A stretch of DNA of 64,000 bases from positions 1 through 64,000 of the IMG/VR virus record IMGVR_UViG_3300032240_000659, one strand, 5' to 3'. Below, piece after piece: positions 63,995-64,000 of the stretch (position 1 is its first letter; every line of letters begins with the position of its first letter). Source of the stretch: a virus. The notes below the pieces were generated by a model that saw nothing but the letters and a program-made list of their open reading frames with translations, had not been told where the DNA came from and ran no database searches. A program made the translations under genes and the position numbers.

Positions 63995-64000
63995 AAAATT

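Noticed and set aside
1-64000. Stop-codon reassignment, introns or inteins in core genes
   Set aside because: Terminase, portal, protease, capsid, sheath and tube are intact and tile tightly in the standard code; no Cys/Ser...His-Asn intein ends or frame breaks were seen.
1-64000. tRNA or rRNA genes
   Set aside because: Intergenic gaps are short and were read; no cloverleaf with a TTCGA T-loop and acceptor stem was found.

Overview
A 64-kb late (virion morphogenesis) region of a large T4-like myophage (Caudoviricetes, contractile tail), read in the standard genetic code and mostly on the minus strand. It holds the packaging and head module (large terminase, probable small terminase, gp4-like head-completion nuclease, portal gp20, acidic core protein, prohead protease gp21, scaffold gp22, major capsid gp23) and the neck and tail module (gp13, gp14, gp15, an oversized sheath gp18, tube gp19, a second tube-fold protein, a tape-measure-like protein, a gp26-like hub/chaperone). 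A ~36-kb array of about 18 fibre/adhesin-like genes (17.9-54.3 kb) is built from recurring modules: LamG, Ig-like, polyglycine, beta-helix, a PNGTG repeat and a shared ~65-aa insert. A few accessory genes are interspersed: dNMP kinase with a sigma70-type promoter, an HNH-like Zn protein, a NUDIX hydrolase, a DUF6171-like Cys protein and a possible 2OG-Fe(II) oxygenase. No tRNA, rRNA, CRISPR array, integrase, transposase or reverse transcriptase was seen. The most notable signals are: (1) a T-TTT-TTC slippery site joining the gp26-like ORF to a start-less -1-frame ORF, a candidate programmed frameshift; (2) T4-type TAAATA late promoters only 4-6 nt from the ATG in nine genes, implying leaderless late mRNAs; (3) two highly structured 5' leaders, one with a possible pseudoknot covering the ribosome-binding site; (4) probable internal head proteins, one with a T4 capsid-targeting-like N-terminus. 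All family assignments come from motif recognition by eye; no database search was run.
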